A stretch of 41,475 nucleotides of DNA, taken from assembly GCA_017457625.1 (NCBI GenBank), contig JAFTHC010000201.1, positions 1 through 41,475 of the forward strand, read 5' to 3'. The notes below the pieces were generated by a model. It had not been told where the DNA came from. It saw only the letters and a program-made list of their open reading frames with translations, and searched no databases. Below are positions 26,196 to 35,171 of the stretch, piece by piece. How positions within the stretch are numbered: position 1 is the first letter of the stretch; each line of letters opens with the position of its first letter. A program made the position numbers and the translations under genes. This DNA is from Kiritimatiellia bacterium (lineage in GTDB: Bacteria; Verrucomicrobiota; Kiritimatiellia; RFP12; UBA3636).

Positions 26196-29030
26196 TCAGG
26201 ACCGCGTGACCTGCAGCCCGCGCGAGAGGGACGGCGCCACGAAGCGGGCCCGCGGGTTGGGCGGGTCGCGCGACAGGTCCGCGCGGATCGCGGCCGCGGC
26301 CGCGGCGTCCGGCGCGAGCGCGAGCAGGTAGCCGCCGCCGCCGGCGCCGAGCAGTTTCAGCGCGGCGCCGTGCTTTTCCATGACCGCCACGATCGGCGCC
26401 ACGGACGGCGGGCACGTGCCGGAATCGAGCTCCCGGTTGAGCGCCCACGAGCGGCGCAGCGCTTCGGCGATCGCCGCTTCGTCCGCGCGCGCGGCGGCGT
26501 CCGCCGCGAAGTCGGCGTTCAGCGCGATGTCGCGGATGAGGCCGAGCGTGGCGCGGTCGCCGAGGAAGAGGTTCTTCACGATCTGCGCGAGGATGTTGCG
26601 CGCCACGCGCGTGACGCCGGTGTAGTAGAGCAGCGCGCGGCCCGAGGCGAAGAGGTCGGCGAACGGGGCGTCCGGCAGGAAGCGCACGTCCGGCGCCTGG
26701 CGCAGGCCCGGTTCGGTCGCCGCGAGCTTGGCGCCGGGGAAGAGGCCGCCCACCTGGTCCTGCCAGCCGCCGCCGGAGCCGAGCAGCTGTTCCAGCACGA
26801 TGGTGCGGGCGACCAGGTCGCGGTGCGTCCAGCCGAGCGCGCAGGCGTCCGACACCGCGCCGAGTACGGTCGCGGCGAGGATGGAGCTCGTGCCGAGGCC
26901 GGAGCCCTTGGGGATGGCGCAGAGCGTGGTGAGCTCCAGGCCGCCGCCGAAGCGCTCGCGCAGCATCGCTTCGAGCGTGGCGTGGCCGCGCCCGCCGCGG
27001 AAGCGCGGGTCGAAGCCCGCGAGGCGCAGCGCGGCGCGCGGGATCGAGAAGGCGCCGAGACGCGAGGGCGAGCAGAGCTCTTCGAAGGTCGCGATTTCCT
27101 CGGAAACGCCCAGGTCGATCGAGCGCAGGACGATTTTCGGCCCGGCGCAGACGCGCGCGAACGCCTGGATCGGCGGCTGCCCGTTGAGGTCGACGGCGAC
27201 GTTGACGACGCGTCCGCCGCGCTCCAGGCAGTAGGGCGGCGTGTCGGACCAGCCGCCCGCCAGGTCCAGGCGCGCGGGCGCGCGGCTCCACACGATCTGG
27301 TCCTCCGCCAGGTCGCGGCGCGGGTCGGCGGGCTGCAGCGCCATGTCGCCCACGAGCAGTTCGCGCAGGCGCGAGAAGGCGTCGTCCTCCGCGCCGCGGA
27401 ACATCGCGTCGTGCACGGCCGGGAGCCCCGCCGCCGCGGGCAGCGGCGCGGGCGCGGCCGGGAAGTCCCGCGCGGCGGCGCCGAGGTCGAGCCGCAGCGC
27501 GGCCGCGGCCCATTGCGCCGGCGTCTGCGCGGCGAAGTCCGCGCCGAGCCGCGCGTCGAGGCGCGCGAGGCGCGCGGAGGGGTCGCCGCGCTGCACGAGG
27601 TCCGTGGCGGACACGCGCCGCGCGGCGAGCCAGCGGTCGCGCGCGGCGGCCGCGGCGGCGGGGTCCGCCGGCGGGGCCGCCATCCACCGCAGCAGTTCGC
27701 CGCCGGCCGGATCGGACCAGTCCACGAGCGGGAAGAGCGGCGCGTCCTGGATGTCCGCGGCGGGATTCAGGCCCGCTTCTTCGAACGTCAGCGCGCGCGC
27801 GGCGAGCCACTCGGCGAACGGCGCGCCGAGATACGTCGTGGCGGGGTCCGCCAGACGCCCCTTGAACGGGTCGTCGAAGCCGTAGACGCGCAGCGCTTCG
27901 CCGGCCGCGCCGGCGAAGCCGACGGCGTCCACGCAGACGCCGCGCGGCAGCGACACGGTCCAGGCGTTGGGCGGCAGGCCGGTGAGGACGTGTTCGCCCG
28001 CGAGCGTCCAGGTCGCGGGGACGGACGCGTTTTCGATCCAGAGCGGGCGGACGGTCCCGGGGACGGCGGGCGCGTCGGCGTGCAGGACGATGCGGTCGCG
28101 GCCGTCCGCGGCGGACTCGTTGCCGAACGAGCGGCGGTCGCCGGCCGGGTGCGCCAGTTCGCCCGCCGAGCCGATCACGGAGCGGTTCGTGCCGAAGTGG
28201 TAGAAGCGGCCGTCGTCGAGCGCGAGCACGGCCGAGGAAAGCGCGCCCGCGTCCGGGTCGGGATCGGCCGGGTTGCGCCCGAGGGCCGTGCCGAAGCGGT
28301 CGTAGAGGTCGTAGGGCGCGGCCGCGCCGCCGGCGAAGGCGCGCGCGGCGCCGTCCCAGCCGCACTTGGCCAGCAGGACGCGCACCGCGCGCTCCGAAAG
28401 CAGCCACACGCCGCTGTCGAGCGAGAACGTGTAGTCGGCGGCGAGTTCGCGGATGCGGGCGGGGGACGGCTTCTGGAGGAAGAACTCGATCGCGCCCGGT
28501 TCGCGCACGGGGCTGAAGAGCACGCCGTGTCCGCTCGCCTCCTCGGGCGACGAGGGGATGCCCACGATCAGCACGTCCGCCTCGGGGAAGGCCGGCATCG
28601 CGCGGTCGTAGCGCACGAGCGTGTCGCCGCAGGCGACGGCGAGGCGGTAGGACGCGGGCGCGTGGCGAAGCAGGTGCGCGAAGGCTGTCTGCTGCAGCGA
28701 AAGGAGCGTCTGGCCCGGGGACTGCCCGCCGACGCCGTCGAGCGGCGGCAGCGGCAGGCGCGACTTGCCCAGCGCCGCGTAGGCGGGCAGGCGCCGGCTC
28801 TGGCCGCTGGCGTGGATGACGAGCTTGCGCGAGGCGGCGAGCCATTCGAGCGGGTCCTTCTGCGGCGCGAGCGCGCGCCACGCCTCGCAGAGCAGGTGGG
28901 CCGTGCCGCCGCCGGAGCCGAGCTGGCGCCCGGGCGGATCGCCGCCGGCGAACGCCGCGCCCGGCACGGCCGCGGAGCCGGCGCGAAGCCCGGCGGGCGG
29001 AAGGGAGACGAGCGTTTCGATGTCGGTCAT
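26196..29030 (-). CDS. fkp: Bifunctional L-fucokinase / GDP-L-fucose pyrophosphorylase
   Basis: DPPGRQLGSGGGTAHLL, HASGQSRRLPAYA, HGV..FFLQKPS, FYHFGT, then GHMP domain PARLDLAGGWSDTPPY, IPKGSGLGTSSIL, GGGWQDQVGG, KLLGAGGGGY; 944 aa. Confidence 0.92.
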   Translation of the reverse strand: MTDIETLVSLPPAGLRAGSAAVPGAAFAGGDPPGRQLGSGGGTAHLLCEAWRALAPQKDPLEWLAASRKLVIHASGQSRRLPAYAALGKSRLPLPPLDGVGGQSPGQTLLSLQQTAFAHLLRHAPASYRLAVACGDTLVRYDRAMPAFPEADVLIVGIPSSPEEASGHGVLFSPVREPGAIEFFLQKPSPARIRELAADYTFSLDSGVWLLSERAVRVLLAKCGWDGAARAFAGGAAAPYDLYDRFGTALGRNPADPDPDAGALSSAVLALDDGRFYHFGTNRSVIGSAGELAHPAGDRRSFGNESAADGRDRIVLHADAPAVPGTVRPLWIENASVPATWTLAGEHVLTGLPPNAWTVSLPRGVCVDAVGFAGAAGEALRVYGFDDPFKGRLADPATTYLGAPFAEWLAARALTFEEAGLNPAADIQDAPLFPLVDWSDPAGGELLRWMAAPPADPAAAAAARDRWLAARRVSATDLVQRGDPSARLARLDARLGADFAAQTPAQWAAAALRLDLGAAARDFPAAPAPLPAAAGLPAVHDAMFRGAEDDAFSRLRELLVGDMALQPADPRRDLAEDQIVWSRAPARLDLAGGWSDTPPYCLERGGRVVNVAVDLNGQPPIQAFARVCAGPKIVLRSIDLGVSEEIATFEELCSPSRLGAFSIPRAALRLAGFDPRFRGGRGHATLEAMLRERFGGGLELTTLCAIPKGSGLGTSSILAATVLGAVSDACALGWTHRDLVARTIVLEQLLGSGGGWQDQVGGLFPGAKLAATEPGLRQAPDVRFLPDAPFADLFASGRALLYYTGVTRVARNILAQIVKNLFLGDRATLGLIRDIALNADFAADAAARADEAAIAEALRRSWALNRELDSGTCPPSVAPIVAVMEKHGAALKLLGAGGGGYLLALAPDAAAAAAIRADLSRDPPNPRARFVAPSLSRGLQVTRS

Positions 29031-29046
29031 GGCGGGCGGGGCGGGA

Positions 29047-30168
29047 TCAGGGCAGCGGGTCGAGCTGCGGGAGCAGCGGGGCGAAGAGCGGGCGCAGCAG
29101 CGCGGCGCGGCGCGCGCGGTCGTCCGCGCCGGCCGCGGGATCGGCCGGCTTGTCCGCGGAAACGGTTTCCGCGTAGGAGAGGACGCGCACCAGGTCCGCG
29201 AACGCGGCGCGCTGCCGCGCGCCCAGGCGCAGCAGGCGCAGGTCGGCGGCGAAAAGGACGGCGAGCGCGACGTCGAGCGCTTCGGCCTGGCCCGTCTGCC
29301 GGGCGAAGGCGCCGGCCGAGACGGAGCGCGCGACGAAGTCCGAAAGCTCGGGCGAGGCGGCGTCGAGCAGCTTGAAGCGGGCGTTCTGCTCCTGGCGCGA
29401 AAGCTCGCGCGCCGTCGCGTCCATGCGGCCGACGATGTCCCGCTCGGTGCCGGCGTTGCGGATCGACTGGACGAGGTAGCGGCAGCCGGGCGCGTCGATC
29501 GACGATTCGTCGCCCGCGAAGGGGCCGAAGGTCGGCACGGTCTCGAAGCCGAGGCGGTCGAGCGCGCGCAGCGCCGGGTCGAGCGTGCGCGAAAGGCAGA
29601 GCCCGAAAAGGCAGACGTCGAAGGAGAGCGCGAGCCCGGTGCCGGCGTGGTCGGGATTGGCCGAGAGGTAGCCCCAGGCCGTGTCGTGGGCGAACGGCGC
29701 TTCGTGCGAAGCCCCCGCCAGGACCGCGTCCAGCTCGCGCCACTGCGCGGCGTAGGGCGCATTGGACGCCGCGTAAAGCGACAGGTGGTCTTCGGCGTTG
29801 AAGACGGCGAGCGCGGCGCCCTTGCCGACGGTCGCGAACGAGGCCCGGGCGAGCGCCTCCGGGTCGCGCGGCATCGGGAGCCCTTCGAACGGGTTGTCGC
29901 GCAGGACGCCGCCGGCTTCCGGGCGCCGCAGCTCCTCCCACGTGCCGGGCAGCTCCTCCACCTTCATGCGGCGCTCCGCCGCGCCGGCGCGCAGCGCGCG
30001 CAAGGCGACGCCGCGGGCCGTTTCGCGGCCTTCGGGCGACTGGCGTTCCGGGAAAACGGCCCCGTCGAGGTTGCGGTGGATCGCGACGCAGCGGCGGAAC
30101 GCGACCGTCGAGAACGGCAGGTCGCGCAGCCAGTCGCCGCGGCCGGAGCGGGAGAAGAGCCTAGCCAT
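29047..30168 (-). CDS. McsB-like ATP:guanido phosphotransferase homologue with degenerate active-site motifs
   Basis: Follows an mcsA-like gene (8-nt overlap); HRNLDGAVFP, VFNAEDHL, FAHDTAWGYLSANPDHAGTGL, ELSRQEQNARFKLL. Confidence 0.75.
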   Translation of the reverse strand: MARLFSRSGRGDWLRDLPFSTVAFRRCVAIHRNLDGAVFPERQSPEGRETARGVALRALRAGAAERRMKVEELPGTWEELRRPEAGGVLRDNPFEGLPMPRDPEALARASFATVGKGAALAVFNAEDHLSLYAASNAPYAAQWRELDAVLAGASHEAPFAHDTAWGYLSANPDHAGTGLALSFDVCLFGLCLSRTLDPALRALDRLGFETVPTFGPFAGDESSIDAPGCRYLVQSIRNAGTERDIVGRMDATARELSRQEQNARFKLLDAASPELSDFVARSVSAGAFARQTGQAEALDVALAVLFAADLRLLRLGARQRAAFADLVRVLSYAETVSADKPADPAAGADDRARRAALLRPLFAPLLPQLDPLP

Positions 30169-30682
30169 CGCCGCGCTCCGGGGCGGAGGCGCCGCCGTCC
30201 GGATCCAGGGCGCGCAGGCGGTCCGCGATCGTCGAGGCGTCCTCGTAGCGGTCTTCCTTCACGGCCTTGGCGAGCGACGCCTTGAGCTTGGCGACCTCGC
30301 GCTCGCGCAGCGCCTCGGCGGGCGTCTCGCGCGAGCGCGGCGCGGCGGGAATCTGCTCGGAGAGGAACGTCCGGACGTCCGTCTCGAACGTCTCGTAGCA
30401 CCGCGGGCAGCCGAAGCGGCGCTTTTCGCGCAGCTCGCCGCGGGAGAGGCCGCAGCCCGGGCAGATCCGGTCCTTCGCCTTCTTCGAGGCGGGAACGGGG
30501 AAGCCGATGCTGAAGAGCAGGTCCGACACGTCGCGCCCCGGACCGGCCCCGTCCGCGGCCGCCACGGGGGACGCCGCGGTCCGCGCGCACGCGTCGCAGA
30601 CGTAGAGCTCGCGCGGCTCGCCGGCGATTTTCCGGGTCACCGCGCGCGTGGCGGGGTGCAGATGGCAGATTTCGCACTGCAT
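30161..30682 (-). CDS. mcsA: McsA-like protein (4 CxxC + UVR coiled coil)
   Basis: CEIC, CDAC, CPGC, GCPRCYETF, LAKAVKEDRYEDASTIADRL. Confidence 0.85.
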   Translation of the reverse strand: MQCEICHLHPATRAVTRKIAGEPRELYVCDACARTAASPVAAADGAGPGRDVSDLLFSIGFPVPASKKAKDRICPGCGLSRGELREKRRFGCPRCYETFETDVRTFLSEQIPAAPRSRETPAEALREREVAKLKASLAKAVKEDRYEDASTIADRLRALDPDGGASAPERGDG

Positions 30683-30690
30683 GCGCGCGG

Positions 30691-30764
30691 ATTATGCCAC
30701 AACCGCGCGCGCCGCGCAATCCCCCGCGCGCCCGTTTGCGCGGCGCACGGGCGTGTGGTAGACT
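30691..30764. promoter_or_regulatory. Divergent pair of sigma70-type promoters, both probably leaderless
   Basis: Minus: TTGCGC-17-CATAAT-8nt-ATG30682. Plus: TTGCGC-17-TAGACT-7nt-ATG30772. Confidence 0.7.
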
Positions 30765-30771
30765 GCCGGGC

Positions 30772-32223
30772 ATGCAACGGGACGTGGACGAAACGTTCGC
30801 CGCGCTGCGCGGCGGTGGCGATCCGGAACTCGCGCTCGTGCGCGAGGTCGCGGCGCTCGTGCGGTCGCTCGGCGGCCGCGCGTGGCTCGTGGGCGGCTGC
30901 GTGCGCGACGCGCTGCTGGGGCGCCCCTGCCACGATTTCGACCTGGAGGTCTACGGCGTCCCCGCCGCGCGGCTCGAAGCGGCGCTGGCCGCGCGCTGGC
31001 CGCTGGACAAGGTCGGCGCCTCGTTCGGCGTGGTAAAGCTCAAGCACCACGACGTCGACATCGCGCTGCCGCGCCGCGAGAACCGCCTCGGCGCCGGCCA
31101 CCGCGATTTTTCGGTTTCCGCCGACCCGGACCTCTCCCCGGCCGAAGCCGCGGCGCGCCGCGATTTCACCGTGAACGCGGTGATGTTCGACCCGCTTGCG
31201 TGCGAGCCGCTCGATCCGCACGGCGGCGTCGCCGACCTGCGCGCCGGCGTGCTGCGCCACGTCTCGGAACACTTTTCCGAGGACCCGCTCCGCGTCCTGC
31301 GCGGCATGCAGTTCCTCGCGCGCTTCCCCTTCCTCTCGGCCGCGCCGGAACTCGTCGCGCTCTGCGCGTCGATGACGCAGGACGCGCTTCCGCGCGAGCG
31401 CCTCGCGGGAGAATGGGAGAAGCTCTTCCTGCAGGGCGCGAAGCCCTCGCGCGGGCTCGAGTTCCTCCGCGCCTGCGGCTGGCTGCGCTTCTACCCGGAA
31501 CTGGCCGCGCTGGTCGGCGTGCCGCAGGACCCTGTCTTCCACCCGGAGGGGGACGTGTGGACGCACACGCTCCTGGCCGTCGACGCGGCGGCCCGTCTTG
31601 GCGCGACCCCCTTGCGGGGTTGCGCGCCGGCCGCGCGCGAGGACCGCCTCGCCGTGGCGGTCGCCGCGCTCTGCCACGACCTGGGCAAGCCCGCCGCCAC
31701 CGCCCGCGGCGAGGACGGCCGCATCCACGCCTACGACCACGAGAACCTCGGCGTCCCCCTCGCGCGCGGCTTCTGCCTGCGGCTCTGGAACCAGGAGAAG
31801 TTCGCGGACCTCGTTTCGCGGCTCGTCGCCTTCCACATGCGCCCCGTGCAGCTCGTCCTTTCCGGCGCGGGCGACAAGGCCTACCGCCGCCTCGCCGTGG
31901 ACGCCGGCCGCCCGGACCTGCTGGCGGACGTCGTGGAATGCGACGTGCGCGCCACGGCCGCGCCGGGCTCGGACCCCGCCGCGCACGAGTCGCTCGCGAT
32001 CGTGCGCGCCTACCGCGAAAAGTGCGCCGCGCTCGCGATCGAGCGCGAAGCGCCGAAGCCGATCGTGCTCGGCCGCGACCTGATTGCGCGCGGCATGAAG
32101 CCGGGACCGGACTTCGGCCCGATCCTCGAAGCCTGCTACGAGGCGCAGCTCGCGGGCGGGATCGAGGACCCCGCCACGGGCGCGGCGTTTCTCGACGCGT
32201 TCCTCGCCGCCCGCGCGCGCTAG
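30772..32223 (+). CDS. cca: CCA-adding tRNA nucleotidyltransferase / poly(A) polymerase family protein with HD domain
   Basis: LVGGCVRDALLG..DFDLE, RRDFTVNA, FSEDPLRVLR, HPEGDVWTHT, LCHDLGK, GRDLIARGMKPGPDFG. Confidence 0.88.
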   Translation: MQRDVDETFAALRGGGDPELALVREVAALVRSLGGRAWLVGGCVRDALLGRPCHDFDLEVYGVPAARLEAALAARWPLDKVGASFGVVKLKHHDVDIALPRRENRLGAGHRDFSVSADPDLSPAEAAARRDFTVNAVMFDPLACEPLDPHGGVADLRAGVLRHVSEHFSEDPLRVLRGMQFLARFPFLSAAPELVALCASMTQDALPRERLAGEWEKLFLQGAKPSRGLEFLRACGWLRFYPELAALVGVPQDPVFHPEGDVWTHTLLAVDAAARLGATPLRGCAPAAREDRLAVAVAALCHDLGKPAATARGEDGRIHAYDHENLGVPLARGFCLRLWNQEKFADLVSRLVAFHMRPVQLVLSGAGDKAYRRLAVDAGRPDLLADVVECDVRATAAPGSDPAAHESLAIVRAYREKCAALAIEREAPKPIVLGRDLIARGMKPGPDFGPILEACYEAQLAGGIEDPATGAAFLDAFLAARAR

Positions 32224-33260
32224 CGCCCGAGCAGCGCGAGGATTTCGTCCATCTGCTCGTCCGTCCCCACGGTGATCCGCAGGAACTTGTCGAGCCCCGG
32301 CTCGGCGAAGTGCCGCACGAGGATGCCGCGGGCGCGCAGGCGGCCCAGGACTTCGAGCGCCGCGTGCGGCGGGCCGGGCAGCGTCCAGAGGAAGTTCGTG
32401 GCGGATTCCTGCACGAACCAGCCGCGCTTGCGCAGCTCGCCCGCGAACCGGTCGCGCGTGGCGAGGATCTTGCGCACGTTGGCCTGCATCCACTCCGGAT
32501 CCGAAAGGGCCGCGAGCGCGAGCTCCTGCGCGAGGGCGTCGACGTTGTAGGAGTCCTTGATCTTGAAGATCGCGCCGACGTTTTCGGCCGAGCCGACGAG
32601 CACGCCGACGCGCAGCCCCGCGAGCGACCACGCCTTGGAGAACGAGCGCGAGACGACGACGTTGGGCTCTTCCAGCGCCAGCGCCAGGCAGTCGCGCCCG
32701 GCGAAGAGCGCGTAGGTTTCGTCGATCAGCAGGACGGTCGGTGCGATCGCGCGTGCGAACGCGCGCACGGCGTCGATCCCGAAAACCGTCCCCGTCGGCG
32801 CGTTCGGGTTCACGAGGCAGAACAGGTCCGGCGCCGGGTCCGGCAGGCGGAAGCGCGAGAGCGCCGCGTCGCCGTCCGGCAGGGGGAATTCGTCCATCGG
32901 CGCCTCGCGGATGTCGGCGAGGACCTTGTAGAGCGAATAGGTCGGCTTGAAGACGCCCACGTGGGCGGCGTTGCGCACGAACGCGTGGACGGCCAGGCGC
33001 AGCGCCTCGTCCGAACCGTTGCCGACGAAGACGTTCTCCGCCTTGCACCCGTAGCGGCGGGCGAGGTGGTGGCGCAACTTCGAGGATTCCGAATCCGGAT
33101 AGCGCCGCAGCGCGTCGGCGTCGAACGCCCGCAACGCCTCCGCCACCTTGGGCGAAGGCGGATACGCGTTCTCGTTGGCGTTGAGCTTGACGAGCCGCTT
33201 GAGCTTGGGCTGCTCGCCCGGCACGTAGGGCGCGAGGGACTGGACGGACGCGCGGATCAT
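32220..33260 (-). CDS. hisC: Histidinol-phosphate aminotransferase
   Basis: PYVPGEQP, KLNANEN, GNGSDE, NPNAPTG, IDETY, SRSFSKAWSLAGLRVG, LRITVGT. Confidence 0.93.
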   Translation of the reverse strand: MIRASVQSLAPYVPGEQPKLKRLVKLNANENAYPPSPKVAEALRAFDADALRRYPDSESSKLRHHLARRYGCKAENVFVGNGSDEALRLAVHAFVRNAAHVGVFKPTYSLYKVLADIREAPMDEFPLPDGDAALSRFRLPDPAPDLFCLVNPNAPTGTVFGIDAVRAFARAIAPTVLLIDETYALFAGRDCLALALEEPNVVVSRSFSKAWSLAGLRVGVLVGSAENVGAIFKIKDSYNVDALAQELALAALSDPEWMQANVRKILATRDRFAGELRKRGWFVQESATNFLWTLPGPPHAALEVLGRLRARGILVRHFAEPGLDKFLRITVGTDEQMDEILALLGR

Positions 33261-33272
33261 GGGGCCGCCCTT

Positions 33273-35120
33273 CTACTTTTCCAGCACCGCCTTGATGCGG
33301 CGGACGCCGGCCGAGGAACTCTCCTCCTTCTTGATCTTGAAGTGGCCGAGCACGCCCGTGTGCTCGACGTGCGGGCCCGTGCAGACCTCCTTGCTGAAGA
33401 AGTCCTCGCGGGTGCGGCCCATCGTGTAGACGGAGAGCTTCTCGTCGGTGTACTTGTTCGAGAAGAGCGCGGTCGCGCCCGCGGCGCGCGCCTCGTCGAG
33501 CGTCATCATGTCGCGGTAGACCGGCAGGTCGGCCTTGATCTGCTCGTTCACGATGTCCTCGACCTTCCGGATCTGCTCGGGCGTCATCTTCTCGCCGTGC
33601 GTGAAGTCGAGGCGCAGGCGCTCGGCGGTGATGTTGGAGCCCTTCTGGTTGCAGTGATCGCCGAGGACGATCTTGAGCGCCTTGTGCAGCAGGTGCGTGG
33701 CGGTGTGCAGCGCCGTCGTCTCCTCGCTGTGCTCGGCGAGGCCAGACTTGGCCGAGCCGACGTTCGCGCGAGAGAGCTTCTGGTGCGCCTTGAAGCATTC
33801 CTGGTAGCCGGCGACGTCGACGGTGAAACCGATCTCGCGCGCGAGCTCCTGCGTCATCTCGAGCGGGTAGCCGTAGGTGTCGTAGAGGCGGAAGGCCTGC
33901 TTGCCGGAGATCTGCGTCTCGGGGACGTAGGCCGGGTCCTTGGCGCCCATGAACTCGTTCTTGCGGCGGATGCCGGCGACGGTCTTGTCGAACTCGCGCT
34001 TGCCCTCGTCGAGCGTCTTGCCGAAGCGCGTCTCCTCGGCCAGGAGCTCCTGGAACACGCGCTCGCGGTTCGCCTCGAGCTCGGGGTAGACGTGCTTGTA
34101 TTCGTCGACGATCGTCGCGGCCATCTTCTCCGTGAAGCCGGGGGCGATGCCGAGGCGGCGCGCGTGGCGCACGGCGCTGCGGATGAGGCGGCGCAGCACG
34201 TAGTTGGCGCCGACGTTGCCGGGCGTGACGCCGCCCTTCTGGTCGCCGAGGATGAACGTCGCGGTGCGCATGTGGTCGGCGACGACGCGCGAGGAGCGGA
34301 CGTCCTCGGGCGTCTCGAACGACGCCTTGCCGGAGAGTTCCTTGATCTTCGCCATGATCGGCGCGAAGACGTCGGTGTCGTAGACCGTGTCCAGGCCGTT
34401 CATCATGCAGATCGTGCGCTCCACGCCCATGCCGGTGTCGACGTTGTGGCGCCCGAGCGGCTCGAACTTGCCCTCCGCGGTCTTGTTGAACTGCATGAAG
34501 ACGTCGTTCCAGATCTCGATGAACTTGCCGCAGTGGCAGCCGGGGCGGCAGTCGGGGCCGCAGGCGGGCTTGCCGGTGTCGATGAACATCTCCGTGTCCG
34601 GGCCGCAGGGGCCGGTCTCGCCGGCGGGGCCCCACCAGTTGTCCTCGCGCGGGAGGCGGTAGATGCGCTCGTCGGGGATGCCGAGGCTCTTCCAGATCGC
34701 AGCGGCCTCCTCGTCGGCGGGGATGCCCTCCTCGCCCTTGAAGACCGTGACGGAGAGCTGGTCGGGGGAGAAGCCGAGCTTCGTCGTGAGGAACTCGAAG
34801 CTCCAGCCGATCGCCTCCTTCTTGAAGTAGTCGTTGAGCGACCAGTTGCCGAGCATCTCGAAGAACGTGAGGTGCGCGCTGTCGCCCACCTCGTCGATGT
34901 CGCCCGTGCGGACGCACTTCTGCACGTCCGTGAGGCGCGTGCCGGCGGGGTGCGGCATCTTGCCCATGAGATAGGGCACGAGCGGGTGCATGCCGGCCGT
35001 CGTAAAGAGGACGGTGGGGTCGTTCTCGGGGATGAGCGAAGCGCCGGAAATGACGGCGTGGCCCTTGGACTTGAAGAACTCGAGGTAGAGGTTGCGGAGC
35101 TGGTCGGCTGTGATTTTCAT
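33273..35120 (-). CDS. alaS: Alanine--tRNA ligase, short form (615 aa, no C-Ala domain)
   Basis: LFTTAGMHPL, QKCVR, HLTFFEMLGNWS, GPCGP, EIWNDVFMQ, DTGMGVER, YVLRRLIR, LYDTYGYP, editing HTATH...CTGPH. Confidence 0.95.
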   Translation of the reverse strand: MKITADQLRNLYLEFFKSKGHAVISGASLIPENDPTVLFTTAGMHPLVPYLMGKMPHPAGTRLTDVQKCVRTGDIDEVGDSAHLTFFEMLGNWSLNDYFKKEAIGWSFEFLTTKLGFSPDQLSVTVFKGEEGIPADEEAAAIWKSLGIPDERIYRLPREDNWWGPAGETGPCGPDTEMFIDTGKPACGPDCRPGCHCGKFIEIWNDVFMQFNKTAEGKFEPLGRHNVDTGMGVERTICMMNGLDTVYDTDVFAPIMAKIKELSGKASFETPEDVRSSRVVADHMRTATFILGDQKGGVTPGNVGANYVLRRLIRSAVRHARRLGIAPGFTEKMAATIVDEYKHVYPELEANRERVFQELLAEETRFGKTLDEGKREFDKTVAGIRRKNEFMGAKDPAYVPETQISGKQAFRLYDTYGYPLEMTQELAREIGFTVDVAGYQECFKAHQKLSRANVGSAKSGLAEHSEETTALHTATHLLHKALKIVLGDHCNQKGSNITAERLRLDFTHGEKMTPEQIRKVEDIVNEQIKADLPVYRDMMTLDEARAAGATALFSNKYTDEKLSVYTMGRTREDFFSKEVCTGPHVEHTGVLGHFKIKKEESSSAGVRRIKAVLEK

Positions 35121-35160
35121 GGTTTGAAGGTTCGAACGTTCGGAAATTCGCTGGTTCGCG
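35121..35160. repeat. Degenerate 8-bp periodic repeat x5 immediately upstream of alaS
   Basis: ggtttgaa ggttcgaa cgttcgga aattcgct ggttcgcg. Confidence 0.6.
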
Positions 35161-35171
35161 GCGAGGGCGGC

